A model generated the notes under the pieces. That model had not been told where the DNA came from, did no database searches, and was given only the letters and a program-made list of their open reading frames with translations. A DNA stretch of 8,336 bases from IMG/VR virus record IMGVR_UViG_3300012983_000662; one strand, given 5' to 3'. Source of the DNA: a virus (Duplodnaviria > Heunggongvirae > Uroviricota > Caudoviricetes). The number at the start of each line of letters is the position of its first letter. Position 1 is the first letter of the stretch. Below, one piece after another: positions 1-7,575 of the stretch. The position numbers were made by a program, and so were the translations under genes.

Positions 1-66
1 AAAGTAAATACCGCCGGACCGGATGATGTTGATCCGCTGGCGGAGCTTTTAAAAGCGAGAGACTGA
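1..66 (+). CDS. 3' end of upstream gene, probably terminase small subunit (partial; C-terminal 21 codons plus stop)
   Basis: Frame 1 reads ...KVNTAGPDDVDPLAELLKARD then TGA at 64-66, overlapping the ATG at 66 of the large terminase (TGATG). Identity is inferred only from position immediately upstream of terL. Confidence 0.4.
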   Translation, partial: KVNTAGPDDVDPLAELLKARD

Positions 67-1823
67 TGGCAAAAGTGGCTGACGGGATCCGCTACGCCGA
101 ACGTGTTGTTGCAGGAGAAATTGTTGCTGGCGAATTTGTCCGCCTAGCCTGCCAGCGTTTTCTTGATGATCTGAAGTACGGCGAAGAGCGGGGGATTTAT
201 TTCAGTGAACCCCGTGCGCAGCACATCCTGAATTTCTACAAATTTGTGCCTCATGTGAAAGGGGCGCTGGCAGGCCAGCCCATTGAACTGATGGACTGGC
301 ATGTATTTATCCTCATTAATATTTTTGGTTTTGTCATTCCGCTGGTGAATGAAGAGACCGGGGAAGTTGTCATGCGCAGCGATGGCAGCGGACGTCCGGT
401 GATGGTGCGCCGGTTCCGGACGGCGTACAACGAAGTAGCCCGTAAAAACGCAAAATCAACTCTGTCATCGGGTATCGGCCTGTATATGACGGGGGCAGAT
501 GGTGAAGGCGGAGCTGAGGTGTATTCAGCCGCAACCACGCGTGACCAGGCCAGAATCGTGTTTGAAGACGCCAAAAATATGGTCAGAAAAGCCCGGTTGA
601 CACTCGGGCGGTTGTTTGATTTCAACAAGCTGGCGATTTACCAGGAGCAGAGCGCATCAAAATTTGAACCGCTTTCTTCGGATGCAAACAACCTGGATGG
701 TCTGAACATTCACTGCGCCATCATTGATGAGCTGCATGCACATAAAACCCGTGATGTGTGGGACGTTCTGGAAACGGCAACCGGTGCCCGTCTGCAGTCC
801 CTTTTATTTGGTATCACCACGGCAGGGTTTAACAAGGAAGGGATTTGTTACGAGCAGCGTGATTACGCCATCAAGGTATTGCGTGGCTATAACAGCGATG
901 TGGAGGGCGCTGTAAAAGACGACTCCTACTTTGCGATTATTTACACCCTCGATGAGGGAGATGATCCGTTTGATGAAACGGTCTGGCAGAAAGCGAATCC
1001 CGGCCTGGGCATTTGTAAACGCTGGGATGATCTGCGTCGTCTGGCGAAAAAAGCGAAAGAACAGGTCTCTGCGCGGGTGAATTTTTTTACCAAACACATG
1101 AATGTGTGGGTAACCGCAGAGTCTGCCTGGATGGACATGATTAAGTGGGAGAAGTGCGAATACATTGCCCCACGACATGAGCTGAAAACGTATCCCATGT
1201 GGGTCGGCGTTGACCTTGCTCATAAGATTGATATCTGTGCGGCGGCAAAACTCTGGCGAACGGATAACGGGCATGTTCATGCCGATTTTAAATTCTGGCT
1301 CCCGGAAGGACGGCTGGAACGATGCTCGCGGCAGCAGGCAGAACTTTACCGGAAGTGGGCGGAGATGGATAAGCTGATTCTGACGGATGGTGATGTTATC
1401 GATCATGCTCAGATAAAAAGTGACTTACTGGAATGGATTGGTGGTGAAAACCTCAGGGAACTGGGATTTGACCCGTGGAGCGCGATGCAGTTCAGCCTGG
1501 CACTGGCTGAAGAAGGGATACCGCTGGTGGAGGTTCCGCAGACGGTTCGCAATCTGTCAGAGGCCATGAAGGAAACGGAATCACTGGTCTATGCCGGGCG
1601 TTTCCATCACAGCAATCATCCGGTCATGAACTGGATGATGTCTAACGTTACGGTAAAACCGGACAAAAACGACAATATCTTCCCGAATAAATCCACGCCG
1701 GAAGCCAAAATCGACGGCCCTGTTGCGATGTTTACAGCAATGAGCCGGATGCTGGTCAATGGTGGTGAACCGGAGCCGGATCTGTCTGAACATCTGGTCA
1801 GCGTGGGCATCCGCTCGCTTTAA
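66..1823 (+). CDS. Terminase large subunit (ATPase plus nuclease domains), 585 aa
   Basis: Long ORF translationally coupled to the upstream gene. Walker-B-like hhhhDE motif ([11 protein letters not shown]), a candidate deviant Walker A about 95 residues upstream ([10 protein letters not shown]), and a C-terminal RNase-H-like nuclease signature ([11 protein letters not shown]). Sits immediately upstream of the portal gene. Family call is from motif recall, not a search. Confidence 0.9.
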   Translation: MAKVADGIRYAERVVAGEIVAGEFVRLACQRFLDDLKYGEERGIYFSEPRAQHILNFYKFVPHVKGALAGQPIELMDWHVFILINIFGFVIPLVNEETGEVVMRSDGSGRPVMVRRFRTAYNEVARKNAKSTLSSGIGLYMTGADGEGGAEVYSAATTRDQARIVFEDAKNMVRKARLTLGRLFDFNKLAIYQEQSASKFEPLSSDANNLDGLNIHCAIIDELHAHKTRDVWDVLETATGARLQSLLFGITTAGFNKEGICYEQRDYAIKVLRGYNSDVEGAVKDDSYFAIIYTLDEGDDPFDETVWQKANPGLGICKRWDDLRRLAKKAKEQVSARVNFFTKHMNVWVTAESAWMDMIKWEKCEYIAPRHELKTYPMWVGVDLAHKIDICAAAKLWRTDNGHVHADFKFWLPEGRLERCSRQQAELYRKWAEMDKLILTDGDVIDHAQIKSDLLEWIGGENLRELGFDPWSAMQFSLALAEEGIPLVEVPQTVRNLSEAMKETESLVYAGRFHHSNHPVMNWMMSNVTVKPDKNDNIFPNKSTPEAKIDGPVAMFTAMSRMLVNGGEPEPDLSEHLVSVGIRSL

Positions 1824-1834
1824 CCGAGGTCATT

Positions 1835-2017
1835 ATGTTTCTGATAATTCTCGCGTCACTGGTGGGCGTGCTGGGTGCGCTTTTGCTGGCGTATGGTGCT
1901 TGGCTGATTTATCCCCCGGCGGGTTTTGTTGTTGCCGGGGTGCTGTGCCTGTTCTGGTCGTGGCTGGTGGCGCGATATCTCGACCGTACACAGCCGTCTG
2001 TCGGCGGAGGTAAATAG
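1835..2017 (+). CDS. Small hydrophobic membrane protein, 60 aa, two predicted transmembrane helices, function unknown
   Basis: GAGGT at 1826-1830, 4 nt before ATG 1835. Stop TAG 2015-2017 overlaps the portal GTG start at 2017 (TAGTG). CTG-rich codon usage like the flanking genes. Sequence [60 protein letters not shown] has two hydrophobic stretches and a short charged C-terminal tail. Confidence 0.6.
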   Translation: MFLIILASLVGVLGALLLAYGAWLIYPPAGFVVAGVLCLFWSWLVARYLDRTQPSVGGGK

Positions 2018-3258
2018 TGTTCTTTTCGGGATTATTTCAACGAAAAAGTGACGCGCCGGTGACCACGCCAGCAGAGCTGGCGGATGCTATCGGGCTGTCA
2101 TATGACACCTATACCGGAAAGCAGATCAGCAGCCAGCGGGCCATGCGACTGACGGCGGTTTTTTCCTGCGTCAGGGTGCTGGCAGAGTCTGTCGGGATGT
2201 TGCCCTGCAATCTGTATCACCTGAACGGCAGCCTGAAACAGAGAGCCACCGACGAACGTCTGCATAAGCTGATCTCCACGCATCCCAATGGCTATATGAC
2301 GCCGCAGGAGTTCTGGGAGCTGGTGGTCACCTGTCTGTGCCTGAGGGGAAACTTTTACGCCTACAAAGTGAAAGCATTTGGCGAAGTGGCTGAATTGCTG
2401 CCCGTCGATCCCGGCTGTGTGGTACCGAAGCTTAACAGTAGCTGGGAACCGGTCTATCAGGTCACATTCCCGGATGGCTCCACGGATGTACTGAGCCAGG
2501 AGGATATCTGGCATGTGCGCACGCTGACGCTGGACGGACTGGTGGGGCTGAATCCCGTCGCCTATGCCCGCGAGGCAATATCGCTGGCGGCAGCGACCGA
2601 AGAGCACGGGGCCAGACTGTTCAGCAATGGTGCGGTGACGTCGGGTGTGTTGCGTACAGAGCAGACGCTGTCAGATCAGGCTTACGAGCGCCTGAAGAAA
2701 GATTTTGAGGAGCGTCACACCGGGCTTGGCAATGCTCACCGCCCGATGATCCTTGAGATGGGGCTGGACTGGAAGTCGATGGCGCTGAACGCCGAGGACA
2801 GCCAGTTCCTGGAAACCCGCAAGTTTCAGCTTGAAGAAATCTGTCGTCTGTTCCGGGTACCGTTGCACATGGTGCAGAACACCGATCGCGCCACCTTCAA
2901 CAATATCGAAGAACTGGGGCTCGGATTTATCAACTATTCACTGGTGCCGTATCTGACCCGCATCGAACAGCGGATCAACACCGGACTGGTACGAAAAAGT
3001 AAGCAGGGCGTTTATTACGCCAAATTTAACGCCGGGGCGTTACTGCGCGGGGATATGAAGTCCCGTTTTGAAGCCTACGCCACCGGGATTAACTGGGGAA
3101 TTTACTCTCCCAATGACTGCCGCGACCTGGAAGATATGAATCCGCGTCCCGGTGGGGATGTCTATCTCACACCAATGAACATGACCACGAAACCCTCCGA
3201 TGGCAGTAAAGCCGGTAAGCAGAAGGATAACGCCAATGCAGACGAAACAACGTCTTGA
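2017..3258 (+). CDS. Portal protein (HK97-family-like), 413 aa
   Basis: GTG start at 2017 with GGAGG at 2006-2010, 6 nt upstream. Size and position (after terL, before prohead protease) fit an HK97-type portal. N-terminus MFFSGLFQRK... is portal-like. No search was run. Confidence 0.9.
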   Translation: MFFSGLFQRKSDAPVTTPAELADAIGLSYDTYTGKQISSQRAMRLTAVFSCVRVLAESVGMLPCNLYHLNGSLKQRATDERLHKLISTHPNGYMTPQEFWELVVTCLCLRGNFYAYKVKAFGEVAELLPVDPGCVVPKLNSSWEPVYQVTFPDGSTDVLSQEDIWHVRTLTLDGLVGLNPVAYAREAISLAAATEEHGARLFSNGAVTSGVLRTEQTLSDQAYERLKKDFEERHTGLGNAHRPMILEMGLDWKSMALNAEDSQFLETRKFQLEEICRLFRVPLHMVQNTDRATFNNIEELGLGFINYSLVPYLTRIEQRINTGLVRKSKQGVYYAKFNAGALLRGDMKSRFEAYATGINWGIYSPNDCRDLEDMNPRPGGDVYLTPMNMTTKPSDGSKAGKQKDNANADETTS

Positions 3259-3886
3259 TGTACCGCTGAGTCTGAAATCTGTCAGTGACTCCGGTGAGTT
3301 TGAAGGGTATGGCTCCGTCTTTGGTGTAAAGGACAGCCACGATGATGTGGTGATGTCCGGGGCATTTGCTGCTTCCCTGCGGGCGTGGAGTGACAGAAAA
3401 GCGTTACCTGCGCTGCTCTGGCAGCACCGCATGGATGAGCCCATCGGTGTTTACACCGAAATGAAGGAAGACGATGTCGGGCTTTACGTCAGGGGGCGGC
3501 TGCTCATTGATGATGATCCCCTCGCAAAACGCGCACATGCACATATGAAGGCCGGTTCGTTAACCGGCCTTTCTATTGGGTACGTCCTGAAAGACTGGGA
3601 ATACGACCGGAGCAAAGAAGCCTTTCTGCTGAAAGAAATCGACCTCTGGGAAGTCAGTCTGGTGACGTTCCCGTCTAACGACGAGGCGCGGATCAGCGAC
3701 GTCAAGAACGCGCTGGCCCGCGGGGAAATCCCCGAACAGAAAAAAATCGAAAGAGTCCTGCGTGATGTTGGACTCTCCCGTACCCAGGCCAAAGCATTCA
3801 TGGCCGGGGGCTATGGCGCACTGTCCCTGCGCGACGCTGAGGATGTGGGCTCTGCACTGAATGCACTGAAAAATCTGAACTTCTAA
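3236..3886 (+). CDS. Prohead maturation protease (HK97 gp4-like, S78/U35-type)
   Basis: ATG 3236 preceded by GAAGGA at 3222-3227; it overlaps the portal 3' end by 23 nt. An in-frame ATG at 3200 (ORF track) has no Shine-Dalgarno motif. Motifs EFEGYGSVFGVKDSHDDVVMSGAF and LTGLSIGY resemble the conserved His and Ser regions of HK97-type prohead proteases. Located between portal and capsid genes. Confidence 0.85.
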   Translation: MQTKQRLDVPLSLKSVSDSGEFEGYGSVFGVKDSHDDVVMSGAFAASLRAWSDRKALPALLWQHRMDEPIGVYTEMKEDDVGLYVRGRLLIDDDPLAKRAHAHMKAGSLTGLSIGYVLKDWEYDRSKEAFLLKEIDLWEVSLVTFPSNDEARISDVKNALARGEIPEQKKIERVLRDVGLSRTQAKAFMAGGYGALSLRDAEDVGSALNALKNLNF

Positions 3887-3900
3887 TCAGGAGAAATACG

Positions 3901-5106
3901 ATGGCGGTAGATATTAAAGATGTCGAACAGGTCGCGCAGGAGCTGCAGCAGAAGTTTGACGACTTCAAAGCAAAGAACGACAGGCGCGTGGATGCGATTG
4001 AGCAGGAAAAAGGCAAACTTGCCGGGCAGGTGGAAACCCTGAACGGAAAACTCAGCGAGCTGGAAAATCTCAAAAGCGATCTTGAAAAAGAGCTGCTTGA
4101 GCTGAAACGTCCGGCAGGTGGTGTGCAAAATAAACTGGCCACTGAGCATAAAGAGGCTTTTGTGGATTTCCTGCGTAAAGGCCGTGAAGACGGTCTGCGC
4201 GATCTGGAGCGCAAGGCATTGCAGGTGGGCACCGATGAAGATGGAGGCTACGCCGTGCCGGAAGAACTGGATCGCAACATTCTCAACCTGCTGAAAGATG
4301 AAGTGGTGATGCGTCAGGAAGCCATGGTGATCACCGTTGGCGGTTCCGACTACAAAAAACTGGTGAATCTGGGCGGTACGGCTTCCGGATGGGTGGGGGA
4401 AACGGATACGCGATCCCAGACTGCTGCCTCAAAACTGGGACTGATTGAACCTTTCATGGGGGAAATCTACGGTAACCCGCAGGCCACCCAGAAAATGCTG
4501 GATGATGCCTTTTTCAACGTGGAGGCCTGGATCAACAGCGAGCTGGCAACCGAATTTGCCGAACAGGAAGAAATTGCCTTTACCACCGGCGATGGTACCA
4601 AGAAGCCGAAAGGGTTCCTGGCGTATGAGTCCACTGATGAAACCGACAAGGTCCGGGCGTTCGGCAAACTTCAGCATATTGTATCCGGCGAAGCGACGGC
4701 AGTGACCGCAGATGCCATTATCAAACTGATTTACACGCTGCGTAAGGCACACCGCACCGGCGCGAAGTTCATGATGAACAACAACAGCCTGTTTGCCATT
4801 CGTCTGCTGAAAGACACCGAGGGTAACTATCTGTGGCGTCCGGGGCTGGAGCTGGGACAGCCGTCCTCTCTGGCGGGTTACGGTATCGCTGAAAACGAAC
4901 AGATGCCGGATATTGCCGCTGATGCGAAAGCCATTGCATTTGGTAACTTCAAACGGGGTTACACCATCGTTGACCGTATCGGTACCCGCATTCTGCGTGA
5001 CCCGTACACCAATAAACCGTTTGTCGGTTTTTATACCACCAAGCGCACCGGCGGCATGCTGGTCGATTCGCAGGCCATCAAACTGCTGAAGATTGCAGCG
5101 GCGTAA
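3901..5106 (+). CDS. Major capsid protein, HK97-fold, with N-terminal coiled-coil delta (scaffolding) domain, 401 aa
   Basis: AGGAG at 3889-3893, 7 nt before ATG 3901. The first ~100 residues are rich in E/K/L heptad-like sequence (VEQVAQELQQKFDDFKAKNDRRVDAIEQEKGKLAGQVETLNGKLSELENLKSDLEKELLELK). No separate scaffold gene lies between protease and capsid. Size and synteny fit HK97-type capsid proteins. Confidence 0.9.
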   Translation: MAVDIKDVEQVAQELQQKFDDFKAKNDRRVDAIEQEKGKLAGQVETLNGKLSELENLKSDLEKELLELKRPAGGVQNKLATEHKEAFVDFLRKGREDGLRDLERKALQVGTDEDGGYAVPEELDRNILNLLKDEVVMRQEAMVITVGGSDYKKLVNLGGTASGWVGETDTRSQTAASKLGLIEPFMGEIYGNPQATQKMLDDAFFNVEAWINSELATEFAEQEEIAFTTGDGTKKPKGFLAYESTDETDKVRAFGKLQHIVSGEATAVTADAIIKLIYTLRKAHRTGAKFMMNNNSLFAIRLLKDTEGNYLWRPGLELGQPSSLAGYGIAENEQMPDIAADAKAIAFGNFKRGYTIVDRIGTRILRDPYTNKPFVGFYTTKRTGGMLVDSQAIKLLKIAAA

Positions 5107-5113
5107 TCATTCA

Positions 5114-5140
5114 GGGGGCGCAGAAGTGCGCCCCTGTTCT
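5114..5140 (+). terminator. GC-rich hairpin after the capsid gene (possible partial terminator or mRNA-stabilising stem-loop)
   Basis: 8-bp perfect stem GGGGCGCA (5115-5122) / TGCGCCCC (5127-5134) with loop GAAG, followed by TGTTCTG, which is only moderately U-rich. Confidence 0.4.
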
Positions 5141-5156
5141 GACAGGTGAAAGAATC

Positions 5157-5345
5157 ATGATCCTGAAACAAGATCTGAAATGGTCACCGGACGGTATGCG
5201 TGTTGAGATCATTCGGGCCGGTGAGTATGAAGATAAAGAATTACCCGAACGGGTACGCGAAATTGCCACTGCAGCTGGGATTGTCTCTGATAAGAGAACA
5301 CCTGTTGCGCGGGGGGCTGATAAGTCTAAAAAACAGCATTCATAG
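5157..5345 (+). CDS. Hypothetical small protein, 62 aa, basic C-terminus
   Basis: AGGTGA at 5144-5149, 7 nt before ATG 5157. Stop TAG 5343-5345 is 11 nt before the next start. Fills the gap between capsid and connector genes. I recognise no family. Confidence 0.45.
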   Translation: MILKQDLKWSPDGMRVEIIRAGEYEDKELPERVREIATAAGIVSDKRTPVARGADKSKKQHS

Positions 5346-5356
5346 AGGTTGCCCAA

Positions 5357-5662
5357 ATGATGCCCACTCTGGAAGAGCTTCGTGTTCAGTGCCGGATTGA
5401 TGATGACAATGAACAGGAGAATTCTCTTCTTATGATGTATCTGGCTGCTGCCAGGGAAGAGGCTGAAAAGTTTTTAAACCGGACGCTTTACGATGAAACT
5501 GTTTCTGAGCAGGATACGACCGGGCTTGTAATAACACCGCTGATAAAGCTGCGTCTTATGCAACTGGTTGGCTACTGGTACGAGAACAGGGAAATGCAGG
5601 ATGCAGTGCCTGATTTTTTCTATACCGGACTGCGGATGTATCGGTTTCATCCCGGAACATAG
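5357..5662 (+). CDS. Head-tail connector protein (phage gp6-like), 101 aa
   Basis: N-terminal pattern TLEELRVQCRIDDDNEQENSLLMMYLAAAREEAEKFLNRTL matches the signature of gp6-like connector / DNA-packaging proteins (LEE.K..LRID.D...L..L..AA). GAGG at 5345-5348 upstream. Position right after the capsid gene. Confidence 0.75.
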   Translation: MMPTLEELRVQCRIDDDNEQENSLLMMYLAAAREEAEKFLNRTLYDETVSEQDTTGLVITPLIKLRLMQLVGYWYENREMQDAVPDFFYTGLRMYRFHPGT

Positions 5663-5670
5663 GAGGATTC

Positions 5671-6009
5671 ATGCAGGCAGGAAGATTACGTGATCGTGTG
5701 GTTATTCTGAATGCCACCACCGTTCGGTCTCCGTCAGGGCACCCTGTGGAAACAATGACGGAGGGGGCAACCATATGGGCAGAAGTTAAGGGGATCAGTG
5801 GCAGGGAGAGAATATCCGGAGGCGCAGAAACTGCTCAGGCTACAGTGAGGGTCTGGATGAGATTCCGGCGAGATGTGACAGCAACTTCATGTCTGAAAGT
5901 GCTGACTGGTGCATTCAAAGGCGCGATTCTGAGTATAGACGGTCCGCCGATACCGGATGTTCGTGCCACCCGGCTTGAGATACTCTGTTCTCAGAAGGGG
6001 AATGTGTGA
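5671..6009 (+). CDS. Head-tail adaptor / head closure protein (Phage_H_T_join-like), 112 aa
   Basis: AGGAGG at 5661-5666 before ATG 5671. N-terminal MQAGRLRDRVVIL and internal TIWAEV...AQATVRVWMRFRRDV match the typical pattern of this family. Unusually rich in AGA/AGG/ATA codons. Confidence 0.7.
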   Translation: MQAGRLRDRVVILNATTVRSPSGHPVETMTEGATIWAEVKGISGRERISGGAETAQATVRVWMRFRRDVTATSCLKVLTGAFKGAILSIDGPPIPDVRATRLEILCSQKGNV

Positions 6010-6455
6010 TGGATTTCAGTCTTGATTTTTCAGGTCTGGCGGATATTGCACGGGATCTGGAGACGCTCAGCAGGGCAGAAAACAATAAGGTACTGCGCGA
6101 TGCCACCCGTGCCGGTGCTGAAGTTATGCGGGATGCAGTTGTTGAACGTGCGCCGGAGCGAACCGGGAAACTGAAGAAAAATGTGGTTGTTCTCACTCAG
6201 CCTTCAAAGCGTCGGGGGGAAATTATCTCGGGAGTCCACATTCGCGGACGAAATCTGCGAACCGGAAACAGTGATAACAGCATGAAAGCCAGCGATCCCC
6301 GAAATGCGTTTTACTGGCGCTTTGTCGAACCGGGAACGGTAAACATGCCTGCTCACCCGTTCATTCGTCCGGCGTTTGATACGACAGAGGAACTGGCGGC
6401 GCAGGTTGCCATACAGCGAATGAATCAGGCTATTGATGAGGTCTTAAGTAAATGA
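6009..6455 (+). CDS. HK97 gp10-like tail component / neck protein, about 148 aa
   Basis: ATG 6009 overlaps the upstream stop TGA 6007-6009 (TGATG), with AAGGGG at 5995-6000. The ORF track begins 3 nt earlier at GTG 6006. Motif FYWRFVEPGTVNMPAHPFIRPAFD resembles the conserved core of the HK97 gp10 family. Confidence 0.75.
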   Translation: MDFSLDFSGLADIARDLETLSRAENNKVLRDATRAGAEVMRDAVVERAPERTGKLKKNVVVLTQPSKRRGEIISGVHIRGRNLRTGNSDNSMKASDPRNAFYWRFVEPGTVNMPAHPFIRPAFDTTEELAAQVAIQRMNQAIDEVLSK

Positions 6456-6796
6456 GAGAGACCACACTGTATTCCCTGCTGTCTCAACTGGCCGGAGGAC
6501 AGGTTTATCCTTATGTGGTCCCGCTGACGGAGGGAAAGCCTGCGGTATCTCCGCCATGGCTGGTATTTTCTGTGGTCTCTGACACTGCGTCTGATGTGCT
6601 TGATGGTCAGGCTGAATCCAGAATTACCGTGCAGATCGATGTCTGGGCAACAGTACCTGATGACGCAGATGATATCCGTGAGCAGGCGCTTGATGCGGTA
6701 AGGCAACTGGCACCCTCCGTTATTTCTAAAACGCAGGGTTATGATCCTGATTCCCGTCTGAGCAGAGCCATGCTTGAATTTCAGGTAATAGCCTGA
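6452..6796 (+). CDS. Tail terminator / completion protein (gp11-like, DUF3168-type), 114 aa
   Basis: ATG 6452 overlaps the upstream stop TGA 6453-6455 (ATGA). N-terminal LYSLLSQLAGGQVYPYVVP pattern and the position between the gp10-like and major tail genes fit the family. Confidence 0.6.
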   Translation: MRETTLYSLLSQLAGGQVYPYVVPLTEGKPAVSPPWLVFSVVSDTASDVLDGQAESRITVQIDVWATVPDDADDIREQALDAVRQLAPSVISKTQGYDPDSRLSRAMLEFQVIA

Positions 6797-6816
6797 GGTC
6801 GTTAATGATTTTACCC

Positions 6817-6844
6817 ACCCGCCGCTGGCGGGTTTTTTTATTTT
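6817..6844 (+). terminator. Rho-independent terminator-like hairpin with long T-tract
   Basis: Stem CCCGCC (6818-6823) / GGCGGG (6827-6832) with a 3-nt loop, then TTTTTTTATTTT (6833-6844). The minus strand has no equivalent T-tract, so it is oriented with the operon. Confidence 0.65.
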
Positions 6845-6856
6845 CAGGAGACGAGT

Positions 6857-7561
6857 ATGTCCTCTAATTTTGAGCGTTCGCAACTGACGAAAATTATGAT
6901 TTCGTCTGCACCGGTAACAGCAGAAACCCTGGATTCTGCCAGCTTTCTTGGGCTGAGCTGTACAATCAAAGAAGTGCAGTTTACCGCAGGACAAAAGCAG
7001 GATATTGATGTCACCACGCTGTGTTCTGTTGAGCAGGAAAATATTAACGGTCTTGGTGCCGCGTCAGAGATTTCCATGTCAGGCAACTTTTACCTCAATG
7101 CTGCCCAGAACGCGTTGCGTAGTGCCTATGACAATGACACCACGTATGGCTTTAAAGTTATTTTTCCGTCAGGCAACGGATTTACCTTTATGGCAGAGGT
7201 GCGTCAGCATACCTGGTCTGCAGGAACCAATGGTGTTGTGGCTGCAACGTTTTCCCTGCGTCTGAAAGGTAAACCTGTGCTGACGACAGAGCCGCTAAAA
7301 GTGAAGGTCGATTTAAACAGCACGCTGCAGATTTCTGCCGGAGCGAAACTTGAAATGGCGGTTGAGGCTGCGGGTGGTGTGCCGCCTTATTCTTATGTCT
7401 GGAAGAAAGGTGGATCTCCTGTTTCCGGACAGACGGCGGCAACGTTCAGTAAGGCATCCGCAGTATCCGGTGATGCGGGTGCATATACCTGCGAGATTTC
7501 TGATTCAGCAAGCCCTGTTAACAAGGTGACCTCCACTTCCTGCACTGTTACCGTCAGTTAA
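6857..7561 (+). CDS. Major tail (tube) protein with C-terminal Ig-like domain, 234 aa
   Basis: AGGAG at 6846-6850, 6 nt before ATG 6857. Positioned between the tail terminator and the tail chaperone genes. The C-terminal ~90 residues (PPYSYVWKKGG...SGDAGAYTCEISD...CTVTVS) carry Ig-fold hallmarks: a conserved Trp and a D.G.Y.C F-strand motif. Confidence 0.7.
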   Translation: MSSNFERSQLTKIMISSAPVTAETLDSASFLGLSCTIKEVQFTAGQKQDIDVTTLCSVEQENINGLGAASEISMSGNFYLNAAQNALRSAYDNDTTYGFKVIFPSGNGFTFMAEVRQHTWSAGTNGVVAATFSLRLKGKPVLTTEPLKVKVDLNSTLQISAGAKLEMAVEAAGGVPPYSYVWKKGGSPVSGQTAATFSKASAVSGDAGAYTCEISDSASPVNKVTSTSCTVTVS

Positions 7562-7575
7562 TGAGGATAGATGTG

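Noticed and set aside
804-1406. 200-aa minus-strand ORF inside the terminase large subunit gene
   Set aside because: Fully antisense to a well-supported coding region, no Shine-Dalgarno motif, and the composition looks like a shadow ORF. The same applies to minus-strand ORFs at 251-628, 941-1198, 1581-1793 and 1616-1810.
1759-2013. 84-aa + strand ORF overlapping the terminase 3' end and the small membrane ORF
   Set aside because: Out of frame with both supported genes, no Shine-Dalgarno motif, Cys/Arg-rich improbable sequence.
2098-2607. 169-aa minus-strand ORF antisense to the portal gene
   Set aside because: Shadow ORF of a GC-rich coding region; there is no independent support.
3200-3235. 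ATG 3200 as the prohead protease start (as in the ORF track)
   Set aside because: No Shine-Dalgarno-like sequence upstream, whereas ATG 3236 has GAAGGA at a suitable spacing. This remains possible, so the ambiguity is flagged rather than excluded.
3798-4232. 144-aa Ser-rich minus-strand ORF (and 88-aa ORF at 3883-4149)
   Set aside because: Antisense to the E/K/L-rich coiled-coil delta domain of the capsid gene; the low-complexity Ser/Phe/Leu composition is what reverse-reading GAA/AAG/CTG codons would produce.
5200-5400. Alternative 66-aa + strand ORF overlapping the 62-aa ORF and the connector start
   Set aside because: No Shine-Dalgarno motif, and it would overlap the Shine-Dalgarno motif and start of the gp6-like connector gene; the ORF at 5157-5345 fits the spacing better. 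Neither can be confirmed without comparative data.
6425-6994. 189-aa minus-strand ORF spanning the gp10-like / gp11-like / major tail junction
   Set aside because: Runs antisense across two well-supported + strand genes and the intergenic terminator. Its protein looks random (Arg/Cys-rich) and it has no Shine-Dalgarno motif.
7005-7442. Overlapping + and - strand ORFs (7005-7265, 7188-7442) within the major tail gene
   Set aside because: Alternative-frame or antisense ORFs inside a supported gene, with no independent signals.
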